Below, piece after piece: positions 27,868-37,765 of a stretch of DNA of 64,000 bases. The stretch covers positions 32,452-96,451 of IMG/VR virus record IMGVR_UViG_3300037264_006128. One strand, 5' to 3'. This DNA is from a virus. How positions within the stretch are numbered: position 1 is the first letter of the stretch; every line of letters begins with the position of its first letter. The notes beneath the pieces were generated by a model, which saw only the letters and a list, made by a program, of their open reading frames with translations, was not told the origin of the DNA and did no database searches. Made by a program: the position numbers and the translations under genes.

Positions 27868-28256
27868 AGGGCGTTCCCATCCGTGTGCGCCATGTACGGC
27901 TCCCGCAGCTGGGCCATTCGCCAGATGCGTTCGCGGAACCACGAAACGTTCTTCAGGATGACGTAAGCAGCTTCCGGGCTGTACGGGATCACCTGATCGC
28001 GGAACTTCATGTTCTCCCATCCCAACAGCGTGGCCTCTGCCATCGTCTTCGCCAGGGCTTCTTCCGTGATTTCGTTCGCCCTGCCATCGGCGCTTGCGTC
28101 AAGGAACTCCTCTCGTCGTTCCTCCATGTTCTTCTGCAGGCACTCCGCGTACCTGCGGCTGAACGCGCGGCCGATCAGAACCTTCGCGTCGTCGATCTCT
28201 TGCCAAACGCCATCCTCGACCTTCTCCGAGTCGAGGACCCATTCTTCGATGTTCAC
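27786..28256 (-). CDS. Tail assembly chaperone G
   Basis: KVEDGVW...LLGWENM...IPYSPEAA motifs; between tail tube and tape measure. Confidence 0.85.
   Translation of the reverse strand: MNIEEWVLDSEKVEDGVWQEIDDAKVLIGRAFSRRYAECLQKNMEERREEFLDASADGRANEITEEALAKTMAEATLLGWENMKFRDQVIPYSPEAAYVILKNVSWFRERIWRMAQLREPYMAHTDGNALGNLLASFVGTTGGGSETETSSTNSSD
27861..27867 (-). other. Programmed -1 frameshift slippery site G GGA AAC
   Basis: XXXYYYZ heptamer in the correct phase (CTG GGA AAC) joining the G and T frames. Confidence 0.82.
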
Positions 28257-28292
28257 GGCATTCCCCTTCCTGCCCCCGCCGGGCGCTTCTTC

Positions 28293-29537
28293 CTACGCAA
28301 ACGAATCCACTTGGATCATGTACTTTTCGTTGTCGCTGGCGGTGTACGGCTCAACGCCGAAGTTGATCGTTTCGATGATGTCCGTGTTCAGCCCGCTTGC
28401 CGGCGTGTCTTCCGCCATCAGCTCGATCTGCGGCAGCGTCACGATGAAGTAGTTTCTGGCGGGGTTTCCGACGGTCACGCCGTAGCCATCGTGCATGGTG
28501 TATTCGAGGGAAGTTCGTTCGTCCGCCAGGAACTTCGTGTACAGGGCCAGGTTCTGGAAGTACATTTGCACCTGGCCGGTGATCTCCACATCGCCTTGCC
28601 CGAAGCTGATCGGCCGATCGCGCCGCGGCGTGTCGTCCGGGCATCCCAAGCCGGTACGCTGCCGGATGTTGTTCATCATCTCCAGCGTGATCCCACTGAC
28701 GACCACGGTCATCGTAGTCCCATCCTCTTTGATCGGGCACACGTTCAAGCTGCCCACATACGGGGTGAAGTCGATCGCATCCAGAATGGACCCGCCACCA
28801 GGGATGGTGCCGTCCGAAACGAGCACGGTGTTCGCGCCTATCCACGTGAAGCTCGTCTGGATGATCTGCTTCGCCGCAGCTTCCAACCGCCAGCGGTCCA
28901 CTTCACAGCCCGTGTGGTAGATCCTGGCGCCCAGCGCGTTCACGTCGGTCATGTCCGTCATCGACTTGATCAGCGTGAAGGCAGTTTCACGTGTTCCGTT
29001 GCGAATGCAGTGAACGTTCACGTCCCCGGTTTCAGTCCCGTTGGTCAAGGTTTCACTGACAACCACGGTGGTTTCGTTCGTCACTGCGGTGATCGTATGC
29101 ACGCCGTTGTCCGCCAATAGCCCAGTCGTGAACCCCTTCAGGCGGATCTTCATCCCCACCTGCACCCCGCTCGTCACGAATGTGGCCCCAACGACGGCAA
29201 TGGTATGCGTGGTGCTGACGGTAACGCTTGCCGTGTAGTCGCAAGTGACCCACGTGTTCATCATCACGGCCTTCAGCCAGTCGTCCATGGCCAGGTATCC
29301 CAGCTCCGTAGCCACGTCGCCTTCGGCCCCCTGCATCACCTGCATGTACTGGCCGCCCATGCGGTCGGATCGCAGCCGCGCAGACTTGATCGTTTCCTTC
29401 GTCGGCTTCAGCGTTTCCGAGTTGATGTAGATCGCCCGCTTGTTTTCGGTCGGTACGACGTTCCATCCGTTGGTGCTGGCGCGGAGTTCTTCCCCGTACG
29501 CCATCTGCATCCTGTTGCTTTGCGCCTGGTTGCCCAT
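28293..29537 (-). CDS. Major tail tube protein
   Basis: KETIKSARLRSDR, GAEGDV.TEL, ITGQVQMYFQN motifs; no sheath gene present. Confidence 0.9.
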   Translation of the reverse strand: MGNQAQSNRMQMAYGEELRASTNGWNVVPTENKRAIYINSETLKPTKETIKSARLRSDRMGGQYMQVMQGAEGDVATELGYLAMDDWLKAVMMNTWVTCDYTASVTVSTTHTIAVVGATFVTSGVQVGMKIRLKGFTTGLLADNGVHTITAVTNETTVVVSETLTNGTETGDVNVHCIRNGTRETAFTLIKSMTDMTDVNALGARIYHTGCEVDRWRLEAAAKQIIQTSFTWIGANTVLVSDGTIPGGGSILDAIDFTPYVGSLNVCPIKEDGTTMTVVVSGITLEMMNNIRQRTGLGCPDDTPRRDRPISFGQGDVEITGQVQMYFQNLALYTKFLADERTSLEYTMHDGYGVTVGNPARNYFIVTLPQIELMAEDTPASGLNTDIIETINFGVEPYTASDNEKYMIQVDSFA

Positions 29538-29550
29538 TGATTCTCTCCTT

Positions 29551-29961
29551 TTACTGCGTCAAGTGATAGAAATACTCCCAGGCGAATCCCTCGCCGTACC
29601 ATTCTTCCTCTTCGGCCATCGACCACGGGATGCGATCCCCGGTGGTGATGCCATCGAACTGTTGCGTAGCAAAGATCCCCTCTGCGCGATCCAACAAAAC
29701 CGAAACCTCATGCCGCCCCGAATCCCTCGGTACGAAGATGTACAGAACAACGTGCCCAAAGTTCCGCAGCCGCGTGCTTCCCGGGCCGCACCCCAAGCTG
29801 ATCGGGCCACCTAACCCCTCCTGAATGCGCAACCGCACCCACGGTGCCGGCGGATTGCGTGGCGGCGTGAAATCCAGGTTTGGCAGCGCGTACGGACACG
29901 CACCAGCCCAGCCGGTTATGAAATGCGATTTCAAGGCAATGTCCACTTCCGCCGCGGTCAT
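29551..29961 (-). CDS. Tail terminator protein
   Basis: PNLDFTPP...PWVRL...GHVVLYIFVPRDSG; position. Confidence 0.8.
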   Translation of the reverse strand: MTAAEVDIALKSHFITGWAGACPYALPNLDFTPPRNPPAPWVRLRIQEGLGGPISLGCGPGSTRLRNFGHVVLYIFVPRDSGRHEVSVLLDRAEGIFATQQFDGITTGDRIPWSMAEEEEWYGEGFAWEYFYHLTQ

Positions 29962-29996
29962 TTGCTTGCCCTCGCGTGAGATGCTAAAACGCCGCC

Positions 29997-30560
29997 ATGG
30001 ACGAACAGATGGCAATTGCCGAATGTGCCCCCAACGAAGAATGGCGCCCCGTCGAAGGGTACGTGGGCCTGTACGAAGTCAGCAACCTCGGCCGCGTCCG
30101 ATCCCTCCCGCGCTTCGTGCGTTCCCGTGGCGGTGGAACTGCCTCGATCGACGGCCGCATCCTGAAGCCCTCCCCTGTGGAGGGGGGCTACCTGCAAGTA
30201 CGGCTTGCGCGGGACGGAAGGCAGAAAGCCGTTAACATCCACAGACTCGTGCTGGCCGCCTTCTGCGGGCCCCGGCCGCCCGGAATGGAAACGCGGCACC
30301 TGAACAACGACCCGGCCGACAACCGGGTTGAAAACCTCCGGTGGGGCACCCGCAAGGAGAACGCTGCGGACAAAGAACTGCACGGGACGGTTGTGCGTGG
30401 AAGTTCCCATCCGATGGCCACCCTCAACGAATCCCAAGTGCTTTCCGTTCTGGCGCGCATTGAACGCGGGGACAAGATGACCGACATCGCCCGGGACCTG
30501 GGGGTTTCCACCCACGCGATCTTCAGAATCAAACATGGCATTTCCTATCGCCATCTGTAG
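29997..30560 (+). CDS. NUMOD4-HNH homing endonuclease (antisense insertion)
   Basis: EEWRPVEGYVGLYEVSNLGRVRS; IHRLVLAAF...RHLNNDPADNRVENLRWGTRKEN; C-terminal HTH. Confidence 0.93.
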   Translation: MDEQMAIAECAPNEEWRPVEGYVGLYEVSNLGRVRSLPRFVRSRGGGTASIDGRILKPSPVEGGYLQVRLARDGRQKAVNIHRLVLAAFCGPRPPGMETRHLNNDPADNRVENLRWGTRKENAADKELHGTVVRGSSHPMATLNESQVLSVLARIERGDKMTDIARDLGVSTHAIFRIKHGISYRHL

Positions 30561-30565
30561 CCCGC

Positions 30566-31162
30566 CTAGAACTTCCTCGTCTTCAGCTGCTTCAGGTGGC
30601 CGGCAAGCCCTTCAGTCTTGCCATGCCACTTCACGTACACATCGACTTCCGGGGCAATCGGGACATCCATCCTGGGCAGCACGACGGTGAAATCACCGCT
30701 GTACTTGTTCTTCACGGCACGCTGCGCATCCAGCACCCAGTTCTCCGATTGCTGGTCGCTCCACCCGTGCATCAACCTGAAGATGTAGGGCACGCTGTTC
30801 GTGATGAACACCGCCGTGTCCAGATCGATGTTCTTTATCAGCGCGGTTGGAACCTTGGGGCGGATGTAGTAGCGCCCACTGCCCCACGGGATCGGGGCTT
30901 CCGGTAGCGCGTACGAGTCCACGTAATCCAGGCCCATGCGCCAGCTTCCCTGCGCGCGGCCGGAATCGACCGGTGTTCCGTTGACCGCCAGGATCCAGAA
31001 ATCCCGCGCCATCGCCCGCTTCGTGTCCCGCATCGCCTGCCAGCACGCAGGCGCCAGGCCGAACGGCATAGCCCTGTAACCGATGCGCGTACCCTGGCCT
31101 TCGAATTTCCCAGCCCGGTACACTGGTTTTCGCATCGTCACGTTGACTTTGAGATCCATCAA
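30566..31162 (-). CDS. Neck/tail completion protein (HK97 gp10-like)
   Basis: TPVDSGRAQGSW and ITNSVPYIFRLMHGWSDQ motifs. Confidence 0.85.
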   Translation of the reverse strand: MMDLKVNVTMRKPVYRAGKFEGQGTRIGYRAMPFGLAPACWQAMRDTKRAMARDFWILAVNGTPVDSGRAQGSWRMGLDYVDSYALPEAPIPWGSGRYYIRPKVPTALIKNIDLDTAVFITNSVPYIFRLMHGWSDQQSENWVLDAQRAVKNKYSGDFTVVLPRMDVPIAPEVDVYVKWHGKTEGLAGHLKQLKTRKF

Positions 31163-31163
31163 C

Positions 31164-31532
31164 TCATCCTGCCCGCAGCTGCAAGATCCACAATGCCGCG
31201 GCCGGGTCGGTCTTCCACTTCACCACCCGCACAATCCCACCGCCCGGCCGCGTGATCACATCGCCTTTGCCCGGCGTAATTTCCAGATCCAACCTCGCAA
31301 TGTACCCCTTCATGTCTGTGGCCAACACCTGCGGGTTCATGCGCTCGTATTCCGTGTACTCGTCGAAAACGACAGGGATGGCAGTGTAGTCGGTCGATGT
31401 CGCCGTCACGGCCCCTGTGGCTGGATCTTCCACCGAATCCGCCTTCACGGAATACGTGCAGCTTTCCGGGATGTTCCCGGTTGCCCCAATCGCCATTTGC
31501 GCGACTTTTCTTACTGTCTCCGCCAAGCCCAT
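31164..31532 (-). CDS. Head closure/stopper protein
   Basis: DPATG...DMKGYI...PGKGDVI...DPAAALWILQLR; position. Confidence 0.78.
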   Translation of the reverse strand: MGLAETVRKVAQMAIGATGNIPESCTYSVKADSVEDPATGAVTATSTDYTAIPVVFDEYTEYERMNPQVLATDMKGYIARLDLEITPGKGDVITRPGGGIVRVVKWKTDPAAALWILQLRAG

Positions 31533-31535
31533 AAC

Positions 31536-32060
31536 TCACGCCCGCAGGATCGGGATCGTCCATTCCGTCGAACTCGTCTCCGCGTACTGATCCAGCAACG
31601 CGCGAATGTACCGCGGAATGATCGCCGACCTTCCGATCGTACCATAGAACCCATTCTGCAACTCGATCTCGATTGGCCCAACCCGCAGGCGGCGAATCCC
31701 CGCCATGGAGCCCGTTTCCGATTCCCGATCGCCAGCCAAGATCAGATCCGCCACCTGGCACTGCGCCAGCTTCACGTCTTCCGGGTGGCTGTCTTCTGCA
31801 ACTTCCCTGCCGTACTTGTCGTACAGCCCATCCCGCGGCCAATCCCTGGCCTGATCGTCATAAGTGCGCGTGCCTTTGAACTTGTACTCCCGCTCAATTT
31901 CCTTCACTGCGTATACCAACGCCTCGTTCCGCCAGTCGGCATCCGCGGCATCCCACCCGTACCTGTACGGCAATGCCATCAGGATCGCGTCCGCTTCGAT
32001 CGCCGTCACGTACGAGTTTGCGGCGGTTCCGCCGACCGTTGCGTCAATCACCACCGGCAT
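31536..32060 (-). CDS. Head-tail adaptor (DnaT-like family)
   Basis: ANSYVTAIEADA...FKGTR...QARDWPR...PEDVKLAQC. Confidence 0.88.
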   Translation of the reverse strand: MPVVIDATVGGTAANSYVTAIEADAILMALPYRYGWDAADADWRNEALVYAVKEIEREYKFKGTRTYDDQARDWPRDGLYDKYGREVAEDSHPEDVKLAQCQVADLILAGDRESETGSMAGIRRLRVGPIEIELQNGFYGTIGRSAIIPRYIRALLDQYAETSSTEWTIPILRA

Positions 32061-32082
32061 CGCATCACCATTCCCTTATGTC

Positions 32083-32112
32083 GCTATACTCCGCCCGAAC
32101 TTCAACTGTCAA
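32083..32112 (-). promoter_or_regulatory. Putative sigma70 promoter re-initiating the connector/tail operon
   Basis: TTGACA-18 bp-TATAGC upstream of the RBS of 32060. Confidence 0.5.
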
Positions 32113-32228
32113 CTTCGAACACCCCACCAGGCCATCAAAACCCGCCCCAGGGGCACCATCAGCCATTCTGCGGGCCGTTCCCATCAATCTACCCCCACCT
32201 GCCAACCAGCGGCAAAGGAAGCCGCAAA

Positions 32229-32393
32229 TCACCGCTTTCGCCGTTTGCGGCTAGGCTTCCATCCATGGGCGATGGCGTTCAGTAGCCGCTGTTGCGCCTG
32301 GGCCTTCCTCTTGCTTGTGCCCTTCGCGTGCGCTTTCCCCGTGTTGTCAACCACTTTCCACCTCTTGCCCGACTTCCGAAGACGCACGGGCAT
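32229..32393 (-). CDS. Small basic phage protein
   Basis: MPVRLRKSGKRWKVV...TSKRKAQAQQRLLNAI, a recurrent small phage protein pattern. Confidence 0.6.
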   Translation of the reverse strand: MPVRLRKSGKRWKVVDNTGKAHAKGTSKRKAQAQQRLLNAIAHGWKPSRKRRKR

Positions 32394-32428
32394 TGAAATC
32401 ACCGCCCCCCTGTGCCAAGGTGGGCACC

Positions 32429-32998
32429 ATGAGGGGAAAGAAGGTCGCGCCGGAAGTCGAAGCAGCAATCATCCGCCAGTACGCTACTGGCCGATTCACC
32501 CAGGCTTTGCTGGCAAGCGCCTTTCACCTTTCCATTCCCACCGTGAACAAGATCCTGCGCGCGGCGGCCCCCCGGTACTCCAAACACGGGATGTCCAGCA
32601 GCCCGGAATACGATATGTGGGTGAAGCTGCGCCGCAAGCCGAACGTTTGCGCCAGGTGGAAGGCGTCCTTTTCCGACTTCATCCTGGACGTTGGCCCCCG
32701 GGCTACCCCGGAATGGGTGTTGCGCAGAAAGAATCCGATGCGGCCGTACGAACGCTCCAACTGCCAATGGGTGAAACGCCCCCGGGCAGTGCCGCAAAAG
32801 CCACGAACCGCCATCCGGGCACGCCAGCTGCCGAAGCACCTGACTTTCCGTGGCCGGACCATGAGCATCGCAGCCTGGGCGCGGGAAACCGGCCTCGGCT
32901 TTACCCGCCTGCGGGGAAGACTGCGCACAGGTTGGGGCACGGAAGAGGCCCTGACCACACCGCCGAACCAACCCCGCCAGACCCGGGCCGAAGGGTAA
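32429..32998 (+). CDS. Degenerate HNH-endonuclease-like DNA-binding protein with N-terminal HTH
   Basis: HTH (TQALLASAFHLSIPTVNKI); KHGMS.SPEY..W, VCARW.SF..F..DVGPR, YERSNCQW; C-terminal TMSIAAWARETG...RLRTGW..EEALT. Confidence 0.75.
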   Translation: MRGKKVAPEVEAAIIRQYATGRFTQALLASAFHLSIPTVNKILRAAAPRYSKHGMSSSPEYDMWVKLRRKPNVCARWKASFSDFILDVGPRATPEWVLRRKNPMRPYERSNCQWVKRPRAVPQKPRTAIRARQLPKHLTFRGRTMSIAAWARETGLGFTRLRGRLRTGWGTEEALTTPPNQPRQTRAEG

Positions 32999-33201
32999 CC
33001 AACAGCGCAACGCCGATGCCCGCAATTCGCTTGTGGGCGCCCACCCCGTTCCCACCGCTGCCACGTTGGAATGCACGTGACCGGATGAGGCATTCGGGCG
33101 CAACGATCCGGCAGGCCGCACCACTAGCCCCCTCACGCCATCTTCCTGCGTGCGCGGTTTCCAGCTTTTCGCCATCGGGGTATCCCCCGCGGCGAGTCTA
33201 G

Positions 33202-33696
33202 CTATGCGGACTTTTCGATGCCGATCTTGCGTGCGGTTGGGTCGTCCCCCAATGCGGCCGATGCGGGCGGTGGCCCTTCGCCGGCCGGGAACGGCGATAC
33301 TGAACCTACGTTCCCAACCCTGCCCTTGAACGGAACGCGCCCAGCCTGCTTCTGCGGTGCGGGGCTGGGCCCTTGGGCAACGGCTTCTCCATCTTCGCCT
33401 TCGTCGTCTCCGTTGCCTTCTGCCACATCAGGAACATCCGGCCCTGGGTCCACCAACAGGCTTACCGCCCCGGGCAGGGCCTCTATCGGATCCCCATCCT
33501 CGACGATCTGCTTCTTGCGCAACTTCCCGCCAAAGGATTCTACCGACCGTTTCAGCTTGGCGAACTCGCTCCGTTTGATTCGCACCTCGCCGCCTGTGAG
33601 CAATTCGACTGCATCGATTGGGCGGCGGCGTATTTCCATGCCGTCCGGCAGATGCAACTTCACCCAGTACGCTACGTTCGGTGCCTGCTTCGCCAT
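33202..33696 (-). CDS. Hypothetical protein (head region)
   Basis: AAAGGA RBS; PIDAVELL motif and low-complexity tail. Confidence 0.65.
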   Translation of the reverse strand: MAKQAPNVAYWVKLHLPDGMEIRRRPIDAVELLTGGEVRIKRSEFAKLKRSVESFGGKLRKKQIVEDGDPIEALPGAVSLLVDPGPDVPDVAEGNGDDEGEDGEAVAQGPSPAPQKQAGRVPFKGRVGNVGSVSPFPAGEGPPPASAALGDDPTARKIGIEKSA

Positions 33697-33802
33697 GTCG
33701 GTCGTTGTTCCTTTCTCTTCGTTTTCGGCCAGAGTGCCCGGCGTGGATTCTGTAACCCACGCCGGGCGTGTTGTCCGCGCTCGCTAGCCTCCCGCTTCTC
33801 GC

Positions 33803-34219
33803 TTAGGCCCGGTTGGCGATGGTGGCCTTACGCACCGTCTGTGGCCGCAGATAGCACCCGTAGGTGATGCTCGGATCACCTGCCGAACCCGTCACGTCCA
33901 GCCGGCAACGGATGTGCGTGGGGGCGGCCAGCTGTGCGCCGATCGAGGCCCCGTTGCCGATGGCCAGGGGGTATTCCCCTACCGCATCGACGGTCAGGCT
34001 GGCCAGGATCGCGCTCGTTCCGAAGCCAACCGCCGTGGCAGCCTCGACGTAGATGGTGTAAACCCCATCCCCCGTGGCTGCGTGCAGGTCCGTCACGAAC
34101 AGCACTGCTTCCGTGGGGCCAAGGCGCAACAGATCCAGGGCGATCCCCGTCTCCGAAGCGTCTGCGACTTCTGCTCCGTCCGCGTAGTTGCGGAGAACAG
34201 TCAGCGTATCGTAATTCAT
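33803..34219 (-). CDS. Capsid decoration/cement protein (putative)
   Basis: Beta-rich 138 aa directly after the major capsid gene, strong RBS. Confidence 0.6.
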   Translation of the reverse strand: MNYDTLTVLRNYADGAEVADASETGIALDLLRLGPTEAVLFVTDLHAATGDGVYTIYVEAATAVGFGTSAILASLTVDAVGEYPLAIGNGASIGAQLAAPTHIRCRLDVTGSAGDPSITYGCYLRPQTVRKATIANRA

Positions 34220-34281
34220 GTTTGATCCTCCCGATCTTTTCTTTCGTTCAGTACGAAAGCCAGAACGCGATCAATCGCGCT

Positions 34282-35211
34282 TTACACCGTGACGGCTGCG
34301 TTCGTGATTGCGCGCAGGCGGGCCGCGCAGCGCCCATGCTCGGCGGCGATGGCACTGTACCACTCCACCCGAGTCCGCATCACCGGCTGCGCCTGCACTT
34401 CGCCCAGGTCGTCCACCCGCATGGCCCCGTTCTGGATGCCATACAGGTACCCCTCGGAGAGGTTGACGCAGTAGATCGAGGTGCACAGCGCGGCTGCCCC
34501 GGTTGCCGATGCCTCCGTGAACGGCAGGATCTCGTTCCCGTCGTTGTCCTCCTCCACCACCACAATCGGAAGGCCGTTGTACTGGGTGACGGTGCGGCCG
34601 AACTCGTCCTTCACGTAGTTGATGTTTCCGGCAACCGCCGTGTCCCGCGCTGCCTGACTCAAGCGCAGGCGCAAGGTGTCGTTCATCAACAGGTGGGTCG
34701 GGTCCACCACCTTGCTGATCATCGTGTCCAACTGGAACAGCGAAAGGGCCGCGCCGGCAGCGCCAGCGTTGTTGTTCACCAGCTGGTTGCCGGTGATCCT
34801 GGTCTGCAGCCCGTCGAATTCCCGCGGGTTGCTGGCGGAATCACCCTTGATGAACGCTTCGGTCCATCGCAGGGCCAGGGCCTTCACCTTCATCTGCTCG
34901 TGCACCGCACGGATGCGGGCGCCGCGGGTTTGGATCAGGAACTTGTCCACATCCAGGTCCCCACCGGCAATCGCCAGCAATTCGGTGACGGGGTTCAGGA
35001 TGCCCGTGCTCTCCGTGTACGCCTCGTTGACGCCACGAAATCCGATGCCCGGGAGCGTTTGTTCGCGGTTGTAGGTGAGGGACGCCCCATCGATGTCAAC
35101 GAACGGAAGGGCGAGCAACAGGGCACTCGACTTTGCGTACATTTCGACGATGGCCGCTTGAAGGGTATCCCCCGAGTTCAGCTTCGATGCTTCAAGAATC
35201 GTGAGAGCCAT
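34282..35211 (-). CDS. Major capsid protein (HK97 fold)
   Basis: LPGIGFRGVNEAYTESTG, GGDLDVDKF, EFDGLQTR, RTRVEWY motifs. Confidence 0.93.
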   Translation of the reverse strand: MALTILEASKLNSGDTLQAAIVEMYAKSSALLLALPFVDIDGASLTYNREQTLPGIGFRGVNEAYTESTGILNPVTELLAIAGGDLDVDKFLIQTRGARIRAVHEQMKVKALALRWTEAFIKGDSASNPREFDGLQTRITGNQLVNNNAGAAGAALSLFQLDTMISKVVDPTHLLMNDTLRLRLSQAARDTAVAGNINYVKDEFGRTVTQYNGLPIVVVEEDNDGNEILPFTEASATGAAALCTSIYCVNLSEGYLYGIQNGAMRVDDLGEVQAQPVMRTRVEWYSAIAAEHGRCAARLRAITNAAVTV

Positions 35212-35213
35212 TA

Positions 35214-36041
35214 TCAGGCACCTCCTCCTTTGTTAGCGGCGCGCTCCTGGCGGATGCGCGTCAGTCTGTCCACAGGGGGCAAGTTCGCGTAGTCGTCTTT
35301 CCCGCCACGCTTTTTGCTCCCGCCAGCACCACCGCCATCAGACGGCGGCCAGAAGCTGGGGACCTTCTCGCGGAGATGATCCATGAATTCCGTTGGTGTC
35401 AGCTCAGAAAACCCGTCGCGCCCGACCCAGATTTCTCCGTCTTCGGGGCGCTTGGCGTGCAGCTTGCCGTCGTCATCAAGGGCGAAGATCCTGACCCCCC
35501 GCGCCACAATGTCTTCCATCGTGTCCGGGTTAGCCTTCTTCTCCGCCGCCGCAGCCAGCAAGCGTTCGCGAACGCGGTCGTTCTTCCACTTGCTCTTCCA
35601 TTCCGCCGCTTCGGTGGTCTTCGCCAGGTTCTCGTCTTCCTTGGCCTTGACCATGCGCTCGTAGTGTTCACGCATGTCCGCTGTGTGCTTGGCCTTCAGG
35701 GCTTCCAGGCCGTCCTTGTCGAGAACGCTCTTATCAGCCAGTGCGGCTATCTTGTCCAGCGCTTCCCGCGCCACAGCGGGATCGAGTCCATCGAACCGCT
35801 GTTCAAGTTCCGCCTTCGCCCGGCGCATTGCGTCGGTTTCTTCCCTGGATTTCTGAAGTGCACTCTTCAGGCCGGTCACGTCCTCGGAAATGCACAGCCG
35901 GTAGGTCTTCTGATCCTTGTTCTGCACCAGCAATGCGGTTCGCACCTCTTCCGGCAATTGGTCGTACGCCTCCTGGTCGAACACGAGTCTGCCGGCGAAC
36001 GTCTGGTCGAGGAACGCTTTCACCTCTGCTGCTGTCACCAC
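35214..36041 (-). CDS. Capsid scaffolding protein
   Basis: EDVTGLKSALQK coiled coil; C-terminal SDGGGAGG; upstream of the capsid gene. Confidence 0.85.
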   Translation of the reverse strand: MVTAAEVKAFLDQTFAGRLVFDQEAYDQLPEEVRTALLVQNKDQKTYRLCISEDVTGLKSALQKSREETDAMRRAKAELEQRFDGLDPAVAREALDKIAALADKSVLDKDGLEALKAKHTADMREHYERMVKAKEDENLAKTTEAAEWKSKWKNDRVRERLLAAAAEKKANPDTMEDIVARGVRIFALDDDGKLHAKRPEDGEIWVGRDGFSELTPTEFMDHLREKVPSFWPPSDGGGAGGSKKRGGKDDYANLPPVDRLTRIRQERAANKGGGA

Positions 36042-36218
36042 GTGAATTCCTTCCCTTCTCCGCTCGATTCGGGCTTCCCGCCCTCAAAGGCCCCACGGCG
36101 GCTCTCGGTTCCCCCGTAGCAATCGGCAGTTCCCCCGCCAACGCACCACCACGGCTTCATCATCTTGCTTCGCTTCTACTCCCGATCATCTTCGGGTGTC
36201 AACTGCTTTGCGTAAATA

Positions 36219-37733
36219 TCACTGCTTGGGCACCGCTGGATCACCTGGATTGCCCCCATCCCCCTTGCCTTTAGCCCCGGCGGAATCCGCCAAACGCTTG
36301 GCAGCCAGGAGGGCTTTCGCCTCTTCCTCTTTAACCGCAGCCAGGTACTTCTCCAGCGTCCATCCTGGCGGGATACGTTCCCCGTGCTCCAGGTTCCAAA
36401 ATAGAATCTCGGTTGGCAACTTGCCAGCCTGGTGCAGGAGCAACAGGGCCTGCATTTCGGCTGGATCGATTGCGATGTCCAGGAAGTCGTCGTTAACGGA
36501 TACGATCGCCTGCTTGGCCGTTGCATCCGGCACCCCAGCCCATGCCAGCAACGTCCGCGAAGAAGTCGTCAACGCCGAACTCAGCTGTTTCGCCAGCCTT
36601 GCCAGCCTGATTGTGCGGCTACTGATCTTCATCCGCATGCTCAGCGCAACTTCCGGCTGCCGCTTCTCTGGCATCAGCATCGCAACCCCCAGTTGCGCCA
36701 TCTGATCCTCAAGATCCCCCAACAGTTCCCTGGATTGCTGCGCGGCGGCGCCGGTGACTTCCAGCATTCCGCAACGCCCCCCTTCAGGAAGCGTCAACAG
36801 CCTGGAACTTCCCATCCTGATCACCAGGGGCCTGCCTTCCGCGTCCGTAGACGAAGGGCTCAAACCCTGCGCGGAAGCCCACGCCATCGGGCACGTCGTC
36901 AGGTGCATCATGTGGGCAAGATCGGCCGCCCGCATGTACCAGTCCCAGTTCAGGTCAACCACCGGTAAGATCGGTGGCGGCTGGACCGTCCACGTGCGCC
37001 CGAACGGGGTGCACAAGGTGAACGGAATTTCCCGCAATGGCACATCGTTGATCGTCGGCTGGATCAGGTCAATCTGCTTGAACCGCCCACCCCCCTTGTT
37101 TCGTACCCAGATCGACTGGATGTAGTTCCCATTCTGGTCGATCTCCAGCACGCGCCACTGCACGTTCGAGTCCAGTTTGTACCGATCGAGTGGGTCTGGT
37201 TCATCCTGAACCTCCTCCAGCACCACCCACTGCAGAACCTGGCGCCCGTTCTCTATGGTGGTCCACCAGTTGATGATGCTCTCCGCCGGGTAAGCCGCCA
37301 GGTACGGTCGGCCCTGCGGTTGATCCTTCGGGGTGTGATCGACCAGGACCCCCACCCGGCCAGTCAGGATGAACTCAGTTGCCAGCGAATCCAGAAACGG
37401 CTCGATTCCCGTCCCACTGCGGTCGATATCGTCGCTGAACTTTGGGCCGGAAAGCCCGGGGATCGGCACCTGCAAGGCGGTGACTTCAGGCGGCTTGCGC
37501 GTCATCACGCCGGAAAGCATCTCCAACGCCGCCCCGCTGGCGTTGTAGAACGGCGTACGCATCAAGTACGCCAGGTACTCTTCGCTGTCCAGCCCCCCCG
37601 GCTGCGGCAGGAACGCCGTTTCCTCCGCTTTGACGGCATCGCGCCCTTCGCAAAATGTGCGGCAACGATGCCATCGGTCTGCCATGCCTGTGTATTCGGG
37701 ATGCCTTCGATCGACCTGCGGTTGACTAGCCAT
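36219..37733 (-). CDS. Portal protein (DUF4055-type)
   Basis: HPEY, YLAYLMRTPFYN, GRVGVLVD, YPAESIINW, EIPF motifs. Confidence 0.92.
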   Translation of the reverse strand: MASQPQVDRRHPEYTGMADRWHRCRTFCEGRDAVKAEETAFLPQPGGLDSEEYLAYLMRTPFYNASGAALEMLSGVMTRKPPEVTALQVPIPGLSGPKFSDDIDRSGTGIEPFLDSLATEFILTGRVGVLVDHTPKDQPQGRPYLAAYPAESIINWWTTIENGRQVLQWVVLEEVQDEPDPLDRYKLDSNVQWRVLEIDQNGNYIQSIWVRNKGGGRFKQIDLIQPTINDVPLREIPFTLCTPFGRTWTVQPPPILPVVDLNWDWYMRAADLAHMMHLTTCPMAWASAQGLSPSSTDAEGRPLVIRMGSSRLLTLPEGGRCGMLEVTGAAAQQSRELLGDLEDQMAQLGVAMLMPEKRQPEVALSMRMKISSRTIRLARLAKQLSSALTTSSRTLLAWAGVPDATAKQAIVSVNDDFLDIAIDPAEMQALLLLHQAGKLPTEILFWNLEHGERIPPGWTLEKYLAAVKEEEAKALLAAKRLADSAGAKGKGDGGNPGDPAVPKQ

Positions 37734-37765
37734 AGGGGACCCTCTGCTCCTAAATGCCCCCCCTG

